This document shows, in pieces, positions 49,731 through 59,287 of a stretch of DNA of 64,000 nt (the stretch's first letter is position 1; every line of letters begins with the position of its first letter). The stretch spans positions 6,399 through 70,398 of the forward strand of contig DASVGO010000040.1 in NCBI GenBank assembly GCA_036379495.1. The letters are read 5' to 3'. Both the position numbers and the translations under genes were made by a program. The notes beneath the pieces are model-generated. The model was given only the letters and a program-made list of their open reading frames with translations. It was not told the origin of the DNA and did not search any database. The stretch comes from Rhodanobacteraceae bacterium. Its GTDB lineage: Bacteria > Pseudomonadota > Gammaproteobacteria > Xanthomonadales > Rhodanobacteraceae.

Positions 49731-50162
49731 TCAACCACGAGCGGTGCCGGCACGCCGGCTTGATGCCGAGCCTTGCCGGGTGCTCGCTACTGTTGTCGTT
49801 TTGGCAGCGCCAGCCACCGCAAGTTGCACCTGAGTCACAAGATTCGAGCGCAACTTGCCACTCATCACCATGGAATTTTGCGTGCGATCGTGCACGATCA
49901 CGAGGCGCTGCCCCACACGCTGCAAGTTGTCCTGCCAGGACAGGCTGACCTTGAATGATCCGCTGCCCTTGTCGCCCTTGTACGTGCCGGTGGCTACTTG
50001 CGAGCCGACCACGGCCACGGGCAAGCCATCCGTTCCCAGCCACAACGTCAACGTCCCCGTTTTGTGCTTCACCTTGGCGCTCATGTCTGGATCAAACGAC
50101 GGATTCAACTGCCCCGGCACCGTGTATACCCACTGCGTCACCGGCTTGTGGCGCTGCTTCAA
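49731..50162 (-). pseudogene. Probable 3' fragment of a beta-rich exported protein
   Basis: Protein-like sequence TLTLWLGTDGLPV..QRVGQRLVIVH; in-frame stop shortly upstream, no clear RBS or signal peptide. Confidence 0.4.
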
Positions 50163-50391
50163 CGTCGGCTTCGGCCTCGGCGCTGGCTCTGGCTTTTCTC
50201 ATCAATGCACAACGCCGGCGCCGATCCGGTCGCGGACAGGGAGCCTGTCAGACCGACGGGGTCGCACCCGGCGATGCCAATCCCGCCTTGCTGAACGCCA
50301 ACCGACCACAGGTATCCGGCCTCGCCCGGCCTATACACAAGTCAAGGCTCTCGCGTTATGGTGGAAAGTCGTCTTCCATTGGAGCCATGCC

Positions 50392-52515
50392 ATGCAAGCC
50401 AGTCGCTGGATTCTCGCCACCGCCATCGTGTGCGCGCTGGGCGCCTGCTCATCGCACCCGAACGCGCCAGCCAAGCAGGCCGCGCCGAACAAGGCCCCGG
50501 CTGCCGCTGCCAGCGCCCACAAGACCGGCGCCGCTGCCCCGGTCAGTGGGGTGGACATGGTCGCCATCGACCACGCGGTCAAGCCCGGCGACAACTTCTT
50601 CATGTACGCCAATGGCACCTGGTACAACAAGGCCAAGATCCCGGCCGATCGCTCCGGCATCGGCACCTTCCTGACCGTCTACAAGCGCACCCAGAAGCGC
50701 ATCACCGACATCATCCAGAACGCTGCCGCCAGCCATCCGGCGCCGGGCAGCAATGCCGCCAGGATCGCCAATTACTACGCCGCGTTCATGGATACCGCCG
50801 CCATCGAAAAACTGGGCCTGACACCGATCAAGCCCGAACTGTCGGCCATCGACGGCATCCATTCGCGCGCCGATCTGGCCAAGGTCCTCGGTAGCCGCCT
50901 GCGCCAGGATGTGGACCCGGTCAACGCCACCAACTTTCACACCCAGCACCTGTTCGGCCTGTTCGTGGCGCAGGGACTGACCGACCCGTCGCACAACATC
51001 GCCTACCTGCTGCAGGGCGGCCTGACTCTGCCCAGCCGCGATTACTACCTGTCGTCGGACAAGACCATGGCCGGCTACCGTACGGCCTACAAAACCTACA
51101 TCGCCGCCATCTTCAAGCAGGCGGGCATCAAGCATGCCGATGCTGCCGCAAAGCGCGTGTTCGATCTGGAAACGCGCATCGCCAAGGCGCAGGAAAGCCT
51201 GATCGACAGCCAGGACGTGCACAAGGCGAACAACCTGTGGTCGATGGCCGATTTCAGCAAGAAGGCCCCCGGCATGGACTGGACGGCCTATTTCAAGTCC
51301 GCCGGCCTGTCGGGCCAGAAAGTGATCGATGCCTGGCAGCCAGCCGCCATCACGCGCCTGTCGCATCTGGTCGCGCACGCGCCGCTGCAATCGTGGAAAG
51401 ATCTGCTGACCTTCCACACGCTCGACAGCGCCGCGCCACTGCTGCCCAAGCCGTTTGCCGACCTTTCCTTCGGTTTCCACAGCCACACCCTCAACGGCAT
51501 CCCCCAACAGCAACCGCGGACCAAGCGTGCGGTGGCGGCCACCAGCACCGCGCTGGGCATGGCGGTCGGCCAAGTCTATGTACAGAAATATTTCCCGCCG
51601 GCGGCGAAGAAGAAGGTCGAGGACCTGGTGCACAACCTGATCGGCGCCTTCCATGCACGTCTGAAGACGCTGGCATGGATGACGCCGGCCACGCGCGCCA
51701 AGGCCCAGGCCAAGCTCGACACCCTGAAAGTCGAAGTGGGCTATCCCGATCACTGGCCATCGTACGCGGGCCTGTCGATCAGCAACGACAACCCGCTGCA
51801 GAATGCCCTCAATGTGTCCAAGTTCCACTATCAACAGCGCCTGGCCGTGCTGGGCAAGCCGGTCAATCGCGATCATTGGTGGATGACGCCGCAGCTGGTC
51901 AACGCGATCAATCTGCCGCTCGAAAACGAGCTGCAATTCCCGGCCGGCATCCTGCAAGCGCCGTTCTTCGATCCCGAGGCCGATGCCGCGCACAACTACG
52001 GCGCCATCGGTGCCGTGATCGGGCACGAAATCAGCCACAGCTTCGACAACATGGGCTCGCAGTTCAACGCCAAGGGCGAGCTGCACGACTGGTGGACGCC
52101 GGCCGACGCCAAGCACTTCCATGACGCCACCCAAGCGCTGGCCAAGCAATGCAGCACCTACGAGGCGTTGCCCGGTCTGTACGTCAATGGCGAACAGACC
52201 TTGGGCGAAGACATCGCCGACATCTCCGGCCTGACCATCTCGTATCTGGCCTACCACAACTCGCTGGATGGCAAGCCGGCCCCGGTGATCGACGGACTGA
52301 CCGGCGACCAGCGCTTCTTCCTGTCGTTTGCGCAAACCTGGCAAACCAAGATGCGTCCGGCCGCCCTGCGCCAGCGCGTCAAGACCGATGTGCACGCGCC
52401 GGGCCAGTTCCGCGCCGAAACCGTGCGCAACCTGGATGCCTGGTACAAGGCCTTCAACATCCAGCCGACGGCCAAGCTGTATCTGAAGCCCGACCAGCGC
52501 GTGAAGATCTGGTAA
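50392..52515 (+). CDS. M13 family metallopeptidase lipoprotein
   Basis: Lipobox LGAC; PGDNFFMYANG, VNA, GHEISHSFD, GEDIAD, DVHAP. Confidence 0.93.
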   Translation: MQASRWILATAIVCALGACSSHPNAPAKQAAPNKAPAAAASAHKTGAAAPVSGVDMVAIDHAVKPGDNFFMYANGTWYNKAKIPADRSGIGTFLTVYKRTQKRITDIIQNAAASHPAPGSNAARIANYYAAFMDTAAIEKLGLTPIKPELSAIDGIHSRADLAKVLGSRLRQDVDPVNATNFHTQHLFGLFVAQGLTDPSHNIAYLLQGGLTLPSRDYYLSSDKTMAGYRTAYKTYIAAIFKQAGIKHADAAAKRVFDLETRIAKAQESLIDSQDVHKANNLWSMADFSKKAPGMDWTAYFKSAGLSGQKVIDAWQPAAITRLSHLVAHAPLQSWKDLLTFHTLDSAAPLLPKPFADLSFGFHSHTLNGIPQQQPRTKRAVAATSTALGMAVGQVYVQKYFPPAAKKKVEDLVHNLIGAFHARLKTLAWMTPATRAKAQAKLDTLKVEVGYPDHWPSYAGLSISNDNPLQNALNVSKFHYQQRLAVLGKPVNRDHWWMTPQLVNAINLPLENELQFPAGILQAPFFDPEADAAHNYGAIGAVIGHEISHSFDNMGSQFNAKGELHDWWTPADAKHFHDATQALAKQCSTYEALPGLYVNGEQTLGEDIADISGLTISYLAYHNSLDGKPAPVIDGLTGDQRFFLSFAQTWQTKMRPAALRQRVKTDVHAPGQFRAETVRNLDAWYKAFNIQPTAKLYLKPDQRVKIW

Positions 52516-52543
52516 GCCGCACGCGCCGGGCTGTCAGTTGCGG

Positions 52544-52580
52544 CGCGCGGCGGTTGCTTCAACGTGCAAACCGCCGCGCG
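52544..52580. terminator. GC-rich hairpin after the M13 gene
   Basis: Perfect 12-bp inverted repeat CGCGCGGCGGTT/AACCGCCGCGCG; weak U-tail. Confidence 0.4.
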
Positions 52581-52707
52581 TTGTGCAGCTTGTGTCCGGT
52601 GATGTCGACGTCGCGATCAGCCGGGTATCCACTTGTCACTGCCGAACCCGGTTTGGCCACTCGAACACGAGGGATTGCCTGTTGCCCAACTGGCGAGGAA
52701 ATCCGTG

Positions 52708-53256
52708 ATGACAACAACCAGCACATCCACATTCACGACCACACTGTTGCGCCCGGCAGAGCATGGTGAGGGCGAGCCATGGACCTTCCTGATTCTGCCG
52801 AAAACCATCAGCGACACGTTGCCAAGACGTGGCAGGACATCCGTGGAAGGCACGCTCAACGGCAAATCATTCCAGGCCACGTTGGAACCGGATGGCCATT
52901 TGAGCCACTGGCTCAAAGTGGGTGAGGCATTACGCCGTGCCGCCAAGGCAGACTTCGGCGGCACGGTCAGCGTGCAGATGACCCCGGCAGACCCGGAGCC
53001 CGAGCCGTCACTCCCGGATGACCTGCGTGAAGCCCTCGCTGCCAATCCAAAAGCCATGGCCACCTGGGACAACACGACCACGCTTGCACGCATCGACTGG
53101 ATTCACTGGATCGAATCGGCCAAACAGGTCCAGACCCGGCAACGTCGTGTCGACAATGCCTGCGACATGCTGGCTTCGGGCAAGAAGCGCGTCTGCTGTT
53201 TCGATCCCTCGGGCTACTACAGCAAAAGCTTCAGCGCACCTCGGGCAGCCGATTGA
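52708..53256 (+). CDS. DUF1905/YdeI-OmpD-associated family protein
   Basis: LPRRGRTSVEGTLNG, LPDDLREAL, WIHWIESAKQVQTRQRR. Confidence 0.8.
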   Translation: MTTTSTSTFTTTLLRPAEHGEGEPWTFLILPKTISDTLPRRGRTSVEGTLNGKSFQATLEPDGHLSHWLKVGEALRRAAKADFGGTVSVQMTPADPEPEPSLPDDLREALAANPKAMATWDNTTTLARIDWIHWIESAKQVQTRQRRVDNACDMLASGKKRVCCFDPSGYYSKSFSAPRAAD

Positions 53257-53275
53257 CCAACGCTCCGCACTTGTC

Positions 53276-54655
53276 TCAGTGAATGCCGAGTCCGGCGATG
53301 TTGCCCAGTGTCCGGCCATCGAAGCCCGCCAGTTCGGCAAAATGACAACCCCGCGCCGCGTAGTCGTGGAACTGGTCGAAGCTGGGTGCGCCAGGCGACA
53401 ACAGCACCACGTCTCCGGCCTGTGCCGTGCGCACGGCGCAAATGACGGCCTCGTCCAGCGTGTGCACTTCATCAAGCTCGATGCGTGCCTGCGCTGCTCT
53501 CAATTGCCGGGCGATGCGCGGCCCGTTGGCGCCTTGCGTAATGATGCGCAAGGCCAGCGGCCAGCTCGCCATGCGGCGGGCAAAATCCGACCAATCCAGC
53601 CCGCGGTCGTGGCCGCCGAGGATCAGGTTGATGCGACGCTCGCCCAGGCTTTCCAGTGCGGCCAGCGCCGCCTGCGGCGTGGTACTGATGGAGTCGTTGA
53701 CCCACTCAAGCCCTTGCGCCCGCCCGAGTGCCTGCAAACGGTGTGGCAGGGGCCGGAAGTCGGCCAATGCCGGCAGGGCTGCATGCGCATCGAACCCCAG
53801 CAAATCCAGCGCCGTCAACGCGGCACAGGCATTGAGCGCGTTGTGCCGACCATGCAAGGGCAAGCCGGCCAACAGCACGCTGGAGGTGGCCGCGAAGGCC
53901 AGCGCAGACGCGCCCGCATCACCCTCTGGCGGCTCCACATGCCAGCCATCGGCCAGACCAAACAGATGCCGCGCCGCATGCGTTGCGGTACGTCCGAGCA
54001 GCGTCGGCTGCAAGGCATTGACCAGCAACTGGCGCGAGACGTCGGCCAGTTTCAACTTGTCCGCCTGATAACGCTCGACCGAACCGTGCCAGTCGAGATG
54101 TTCCGCGTACAGGCTGGTGACGATGCCCAAAGCCAGCGGCCCGGCTTCGCCGGTCTGAAAACTCGACAGCTCGACCACCCACAGGTCGGCATGCTGACCG
54201 TCCAACTCCAGCAGGGGCAAGCCGATGTTGCCGGCCAGCGCCGTGCGCACACCCAGCGCGCGCGCCAGATGTGCCAGCAAGGCACTGGTCGTGCTTTTGC
54301 CCTTGGTGCCGGTGATGCCGACGACGCGCGCCTGCGGGTGCTCGCCAAACCACAGCGCGGTGCCCGAGGTGAACATGGTGCCGGCCGCCCGCGCCGCGAC
54401 AATCTCGGGTTTGTAGAGGGAGATGCCGGGCGATTTGATGACGATGTCGAACGCGGACAGTACGTCGGCATCGGGCGCCACGGTGCACAGCTCGACGCCA
54501 TCGATCGAACCGATGTCGGCCGTTTCCGCCGCACTGCAAAACAGCGTGACTGACTGATGCGGCAAGTGCCGACGCAGCGCCGTCAGCGCCGCCCGCCCCT
54601 CGCGACCGTAGCCCCAGACCGCGACACGGCGACCCTCAAGCGTGGCGAATTTCAT
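53276..54655 (-). CDS. murD2: MurD2-type UDP-MurNAc-L-Ala:L-Glu ligase
   Basis: ITGTKGKSTT, AGNIG, ELSSFQ, PHRL, NDSIST, LLSPGAPSFDQF; coupled to murL. Confidence 0.85.
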   Translation of the reverse strand: MKFATLEGRRVAVWGYGREGRAALTALRRHLPHQSVTLFCSAAETADIGSIDGVELCTVAPDADVLSAFDIVIKSPGISLYKPEIVAARAAGTMFTSGTALWFGEHPQARVVGITGTKGKSTTSALLAHLARALGVRTALAGNIGLPLLELDGQHADLWVVELSSFQTGEAGPLALGIVTSLYAEHLDWHGSVERYQADKLKLADVSRQLLVNALQPTLLGRTATHAARHLFGLADGWHVEPPEGDAGASALAFAATSSVLLAGLPLHGRHNALNACAALTALDLLGFDAHAALPALADFRPLPHRLQALGRAQGLEWVNDSISTTPQAALAALESLGERRINLILGGHDRGLDWSDFARRMASWPLALRIITQGANGPRIARQLRAAQARIELDEVHTLDEAVICAVRTAQAGDVVLLSPGAPSFDQFHDYAARGCHFAELAGFDGRTLGNIAGLGIH

Positions 54656-55991
54656 CGATCGCCTTGAGCAGCTGCGCGGGGATGCGATGTTCCGGTGCGG
54701 GCGCAAGCCAAGGGCCAAGATCGCACTCGGCCGCAGAAAGCTGTGGACGGATCTGCCGATTGAAGCGCTTCACCAGTGCATCCTCGGCCCATTCCGGTCG
54801 CGCGCCCAAGGTTGCCATGGCCGCGCGCGCCTCGGCGCCCTCGCCCACACATTCGAACGGCTTGTGGTCGTGGTATTCCATCAGCGCATCGAAGCCACCG
54901 GCGAGGGATTCATCGTCGAGCAGGTTGCGGCCAAAGATCGACAGCAGTTTGGGCTTGGGCAGGAACGGCGCCAGCGCCAGAAACACGAAATGGCACTTGG
55001 GACATTGTCCGCACCAGCGATCGGCCGGCTTGGGGCCGAGGATGCGGAAATTGCGATTGCAGCTGGAAAACACGTCGGTGTAGACGCCACCCAGACGTGC
55101 AAACGCAGCGGTGACTGCCAGCTCCGAGAACGGTCGCAGCAGCGAGCAGTAATCGAGATCGCTGGCCACACGAGCATGCAGGCAATCGCCCAGTGCACGC
55201 TCGAAATCCAGGCTCTTGCTCCACTGGTGGTTGACCTTCCGGCCTTCGTATTCGAGCGTGGCCGCGGAGGCCGAACGCTCGTTGGCAAAGGCAATGGTGT
55301 CGTGCCCGTACAGCAACGCAGCCAGCACCAGAATGGCCGAATTGATGGCCGTCACCGGGATGTGACCGTTGTACGCGCCCATGCGGTTGTAGTCGAACAG
55401 CAATGGCGAGAGTTCGCGACCGATGTTGAGCATCGGCAGGCCGGTGCGCTCGGCACAAGCGGCAATCAACGGCGAATGTCCGACCCAGACCACGCTGGCC
55501 GTACCACCGGCACGCTTGACCGCTTCGATGGCGACGATGGAATCCTTGCCACCACCGACGGGCAACAAGGTGCTTTGCGGCAACCCCAGCGCGGGCGCCG
55601 GCGCGGGGGCTTCGCCGCCGCGCGGAAAGCGGATGCGGCCCTCCAGATCGAGACCATTTCGGTAGGCAAACTCGGCCAGGCCGTGGAAGTAAAGCGCGTC
55701 CAGAAAATCGGCTTCGACATCATCCAGCGGACCGTCGGCCACCTCGATGCGCGCCGGCACACCGGCCTTGTAATAACTCACGCCGGCTATGCGGTGCAGC
55801 AGCGCCAGCGCCGCCGCGAAGGCATTGGCGCGCGCCGCGGGCGCGTCAGGCGCGCCAGGAAAGCGGATGCGTTCGATGAGCTCGGGACCATCATCGAAGG
55901 CGTACACCAGCTCGGCCACGCCGCCGGCATAGGCATGGCGGACAAAGCGGAAACGTTCGGCCTTGCGGGGGTCGGTCAGGATGGCGGTCAT
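54636..55991 (-). CDS. murL: UDP-MurNAc-L-Ala-L-Glu epimerase MurL
   Basis: AGVSYYKA, GGGKDS PP-loop, YNGHIP, NHQWSKS, FSSCNRNF, WCGQCPKC, KPFECVG. Confidence 0.88.
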   Translation of the reverse strand: MTAILTDPRKAERFRFVRHAYAGGVAELVYAFDDGPELIERIRFPGAPDAPAARANAFAAALALLHRIAGVSYYKAGVPARIEVADGPLDDVEADFLDALYFHGLAEFAYRNGLDLEGRIRFPRGGEAPAPAPALGLPQSTLLPVGGGKDSIVAIEAVKRAGGTASVVWVGHSPLIAACAERTGLPMLNIGRELSPLLFDYNRMGAYNGHIPVTAINSAILVLAALLYGHDTIAFANERSASAATLEYEGRKVNHQWSKSLDFERALGDCLHARVASDLDYCSLLRPFSELAVTAAFARLGGVYTDVFSSCNRNFRILGPKPADRWCGQCPKCHFVFLALAPFLPKPKLLSIFGRNLLDDESLAGGFDALMEYHDHKPFECVGEGAEARAAMATLGARPEWAEDALVKRFNRQIRPQLSAAECDLGPWLAPAPEHRIPAQLLKAIDEIRHA

Positions 55992-58600
55992 TCGATCACG
56001 ATTTCGTCGGCGTCATCGCGCAGATTGTAATGCGAAGCCATGGTCGCGCCGTAGGCGCCGGCCTCGGCCACGAGGATGACGTCGCCCTCGTGCGAGGCTG
56101 GCAGGCGTCGATCCGAGCCAAGCACGTCGCCGGTTTCGCAAATCGGGCCAACCACCTGGTACAGCGTATCGGGCGCGGCACCCAGTCGGCTCAGGTTCAC
56201 GATGTCGTGCCAGGCGTCGTACAAAGTCGGGCGGATGAGGTTGTGCATGCCCGCATCCACGCCCAGATAATCATGTTGCGCGCCCTTGCGCTTGGTCTGC
56301 GTCACCCGCGCCAGCAGCACGCCGGCTTCGGCCACGAGAAAGCGGCCCGGCTCCATCCACAGACGATATTGCGGATAAGCCGCACGAACTTCGGCCAGCG
56401 CCGCATCCAGCGCGGACAGATCCAGCGGCTGCTCGCCCGGATGCATGGGCACACCCAACCCGCCGCCGATGTTGAGCACCTCGATGCTGCCGATGCGTTC
56501 GGCCAGCGCGGCCAGCTGGCTGGCCACCTCGCCCCAATGGCCGGCATCGAGCACGCCCGAGCCAAGATGCGCGTGCAGTCCGATGACGCGCGCGTGATGG
56601 CGCGCGGCCAGGTCCAGCGCCTGATCGAGCTGATCCAGCGGCAAGCCGAATTTGCTGGCGTTGCCGCCGGTCTTGACCTTGTCGTGATGGCCCAAACCCC
56701 GGCCCAAGTCCACACGCAACACGATGGCGTGGCCGTCGAACAGCTCGCCCCAGTGTTCCAACGGATGCAGGGCATCGACCGTCACCGTGGCATCGGTGGC
56801 CAGGGCCACGGCAAAATCTTCGCGCCGCGCGAAGTTGGGCGTGAACAGGCGCGACGCGCCCGGCGCGATGGCGGCCACGGCAGTCAGCTCGCCCGGCGAC
56901 ACGCATTCCAGACCAAAGCCTTCTTCGACCAGCGCCTTGATGATGGCCGGATGGGTGTTGGCCTTGACCGCATACCAGCGCCGATCGATGGCACTCAACC
57001 CGGCCAGTTGGCGCGCCCGCGCGCGCACCGTCGGCAAGTGATAGACATAGCGCGGCGTGTGCTCTGCGGCCAGCGCCAGCAGCTGTTCGCGCGCGGCAGG
57101 CTCGCGCCACCATGCCGCATGGATCGGTGCCTCGCCACTGCCGTACAAGGCCTTCCAGGTCGGCCCGAACAGCTCGGCATCATCGCCGCGCAGGCTGCCG
57201 CCACGCACCAGCAACTCGTGCAGGCGCGGCAGCAAATCATCGACCACGCCCTCGTCGATCACGAAGGTCAGATTGAGATTGTTGGACGACTGCGAAATCA
57301 GGTGCACGCGCAACTGGCCAAACTCGGCCAGCACGGAAGACAGCTGATGCAGCATCGAGCGCATGCCACGGCCGACCAGGGTCACGGCCGCACACGGCGC
57401 GATCACCTTGACCCGACACACCTTGGCCAGATCGGCCGCGAGCGCCGCCACGGCATCGGAGTCGAGCAGATTTTCGGTGGGGTCGAGCGACACGGTCACA
57501 TTGGTCTCGGCCGAACCGATCAAGTCGACCGACAGCCCGTGGCACTTGAACGCATCGAACACGTCGGACAGAAAGCCCACCTCCTGCCACATGCCGACCG
57601 ACTCCATCGACACCAGGGTGATGCCCTTGCGCGTGGAAATGGCCTTGACGCTCGGTGCCGCGTCACGCTCGCGTGGACCGATCACGGTACCATCGAGCTC
57701 GGGCCGTTGCGTGTCCTTGATGAGCAGTGGCACACGCGGCTCGCGCAAGGGCGACAGGCAACGCGGATGCAGCACCTTGGCGCCGGTGGAGGCGATTTCC
57801 TGCGCTTCTTCGTAATCGAGCTGCTTGAGCAGGCGCGCGGTCGGCACCTGGCGCGGATTGGCGCTGAACATGCCGGCCACGTCGGTCCAGATTTCCACAC
57901 GCAGCGCCTTCAGCAAGGCACCGAAATACGCCGCCGAGGTATCCGAACCGCCACGCCCCAGCAACACCGTGTGGCCATCTTCGGCACGCGCGATGAAGCC
58001 CTGCGCGATGCACACTTCCCCGGCCGCCGCCAGACGCACCATGGCCTGTGCATCGGGATGCACATCGACCATGGCCGAGAGCGTGCGCGTGCGCGCGTTC
58101 TGGTTGGGTGATGCCGCCGCTTGCAGATACTCGCGCGAATCGATCCATGCCGTCGGCAAGCCATCGGCGCCAAGAAAAACCGCACCCAGCGCGCTGGACA
58201 TCAGTTCGCCATGCGCCTGCACGGCGGCGCGCCAGGCGATCGGCTCGGCGCCGGGACCGGCCTCGGCCAGTTCGCGCAGACGCTCAAAGTGTGTTTCGAG
58301 CACCGCCGGCACGGCCATCTTCATGTGTGCCAGCAAGGTGTGATGGCGCGTGATGATGGCCTCGGCCTGCTCCATGCGCGCCGCTTTGGCGTCCGTGTCC
58401 GCCAGGGCTTTGAGCATGTCGGTCACGCCCGAGAGCGCCGAGACGACAATCAGCACATGCACGCCCTCGGCACGGCGCGAGGCGGCCAAGCGGCGAATGG
58501 TCTGCCAGCGTTCGAACGTGGCGACACTGGTGCCACCGAACTTCATCACGACCCAGGGGGCATCGGCGGCAAGCGGCAAAACGGAAACGTTGTGATTCAC
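55988..58600 (-). CDS. lysAC: Bifunctional aspartate kinase/diaminopimelate decarboxylase
   Basis: MKFGGTSV, LGRGGSDTSA; YAVKAN, HLGSG, EPGRFLVA, VGPICETGD; start 58600 or 58618. Confidence 0.93.
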   Translation of the reverse strand: MNHNVSVLPLAADAPWVVMKFGGTSVATFERWQTIRRLAASRRAEGVHVLIVVSALSGVTDMLKALADTDAKAARMEQAEAIITRHHTLLAHMKMAVPAVLETHFERLRELAEAGPGAEPIAWRAAVQAHGELMSSALGAVFLGADGLPTAWIDSREYLQAAASPNQNARTRTLSAMVDVHPDAQAMVRLAAAGEVCIAQGFIARAEDGHTVLLGRGGSDTSAAYFGALLKALRVEIWTDVAGMFSANPRQVPTARLLKQLDYEEAQEIASTGAKVLHPRCLSPLREPRVPLLIKDTQRPELDGTVIGPRERDAAPSVKAISTRKGITLVSMESVGMWQEVGFLSDVFDAFKCHGLSVDLIGSAETNVTVSLDPTENLLDSDAVAALAADLAKVCRVKVIAPCAAVTLVGRGMRSMLHQLSSVLAEFGQLRVHLISQSSNNLNLTFVIDEGVVDDLLPRLHELLVRGGSLRGDDAELFGPTWKALYGSGEAPIHAAWWREPAAREQLLALAAEHTPRYVYHLPTVRARARQLAGLSAIDRRWYAVKANTHPAIIKALVEEGFGLECVSPGELTAVAAIAPGASRLFTPNFARREDFAVALATDATVTVDALHPLEHWGELFDGHAIVLRVDLGRGLGHHDKVKTGGNASKFGLPLDQLDQALDLAARHHARVIGLHAHLGSGVLDAGHWGEVASQLAALAERIGSIEVLNIGGGLGVPMHPGEQPLDLSALDAALAEVRAAYPQYRLWMEPGRFLVAEAGVLLARVTQTKRKGAQHDYLGVDAGMHNLIRPTLYDAWHDIVNLSRLGAAPDTLYQVVGPICETGDVLGSDRRLPASHEGDVILVAEAGAYGATMASHYNLRDDADEIVIE

Positions 58601-58759
58601 GGCGCAGGAGGCGGTCAAAACAGGGATAGCGCGCCAGTCTCACGCGCCCCCGGACAAAACGCAATTCACGCGGTTATGGCATTTGGCCATGGCATTCAGC
58701 CGCCAGCCGATCTTGTCGGGCCGGGCTTTGCGAAAATGGAGCCGTCGTCCGGAGGTCAC

Positions 58760-59287
58760 ATGCCGCAGGCTCAGCAGATACCACCCGCATCCATCACGCC
58801 ATTGACTCCGCGCGAAGGCGTGCGGCTGCAGGTCAACAACGAATCCTACGTGCACACCGGCGACGCCCGGATGCCGTTGCTGTGGTATCTGCGCGACGTG
58901 CTGCGCCTGACCGGTTGCAAATACGGTTGCGACAAGGGCGAATGCGGCGCCTGCACGGTGCTCGTCGACGGTCGTCGCGCCCTGGCCTGTCAGCGGCCGA
59001 TGCACACGCTCGAAGGTCGCCATGTCACCACGGTCGAAGGACTTGCCGAGAGCGTGGATGCACTGCATCCGTTGCAGCAGGCATGGATCGCCGAGGATGC
59101 GGTGTTGTGCGGCTATTGCCAGCCCGGCTGGCTGATGGCCGCGGCAGATCTGATCGCGCGCAAGCCGCACCCGTCGGATGCCGATATCGATGCCCTGCCC
59201 AACCTGTGCCGCTGCGGCAGCCAACCACGCGTGCGCGCCGCGATCCATCGCGCTGCTGCGGCCATGCGCAAGGACAAGCATCGATGA
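58760..59287 (+). CDS. (2Fe-2S) small subunit, isoquinoline 1-oxidoreductase alpha-like
   Basis: GGAGG RBS; GCKYGCDKGECGACTV, CGYCQPG, NLCRCG. Confidence 0.9.
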   Translation: MPQAQQIPPASITPLTPREGVRLQVNNESYVHTGDARMPLLWYLRDVLRLTGCKYGCDKGECGACTVLVDGRRALACQRPMHTLEGRHVTTVEGLAESVDALHPLQQAWIAEDAVLCGYCQPGWLMAAADLIARKPHPSDADIDALPNLCRCGSQPRVRAAIHRAAAAMRKDKHR

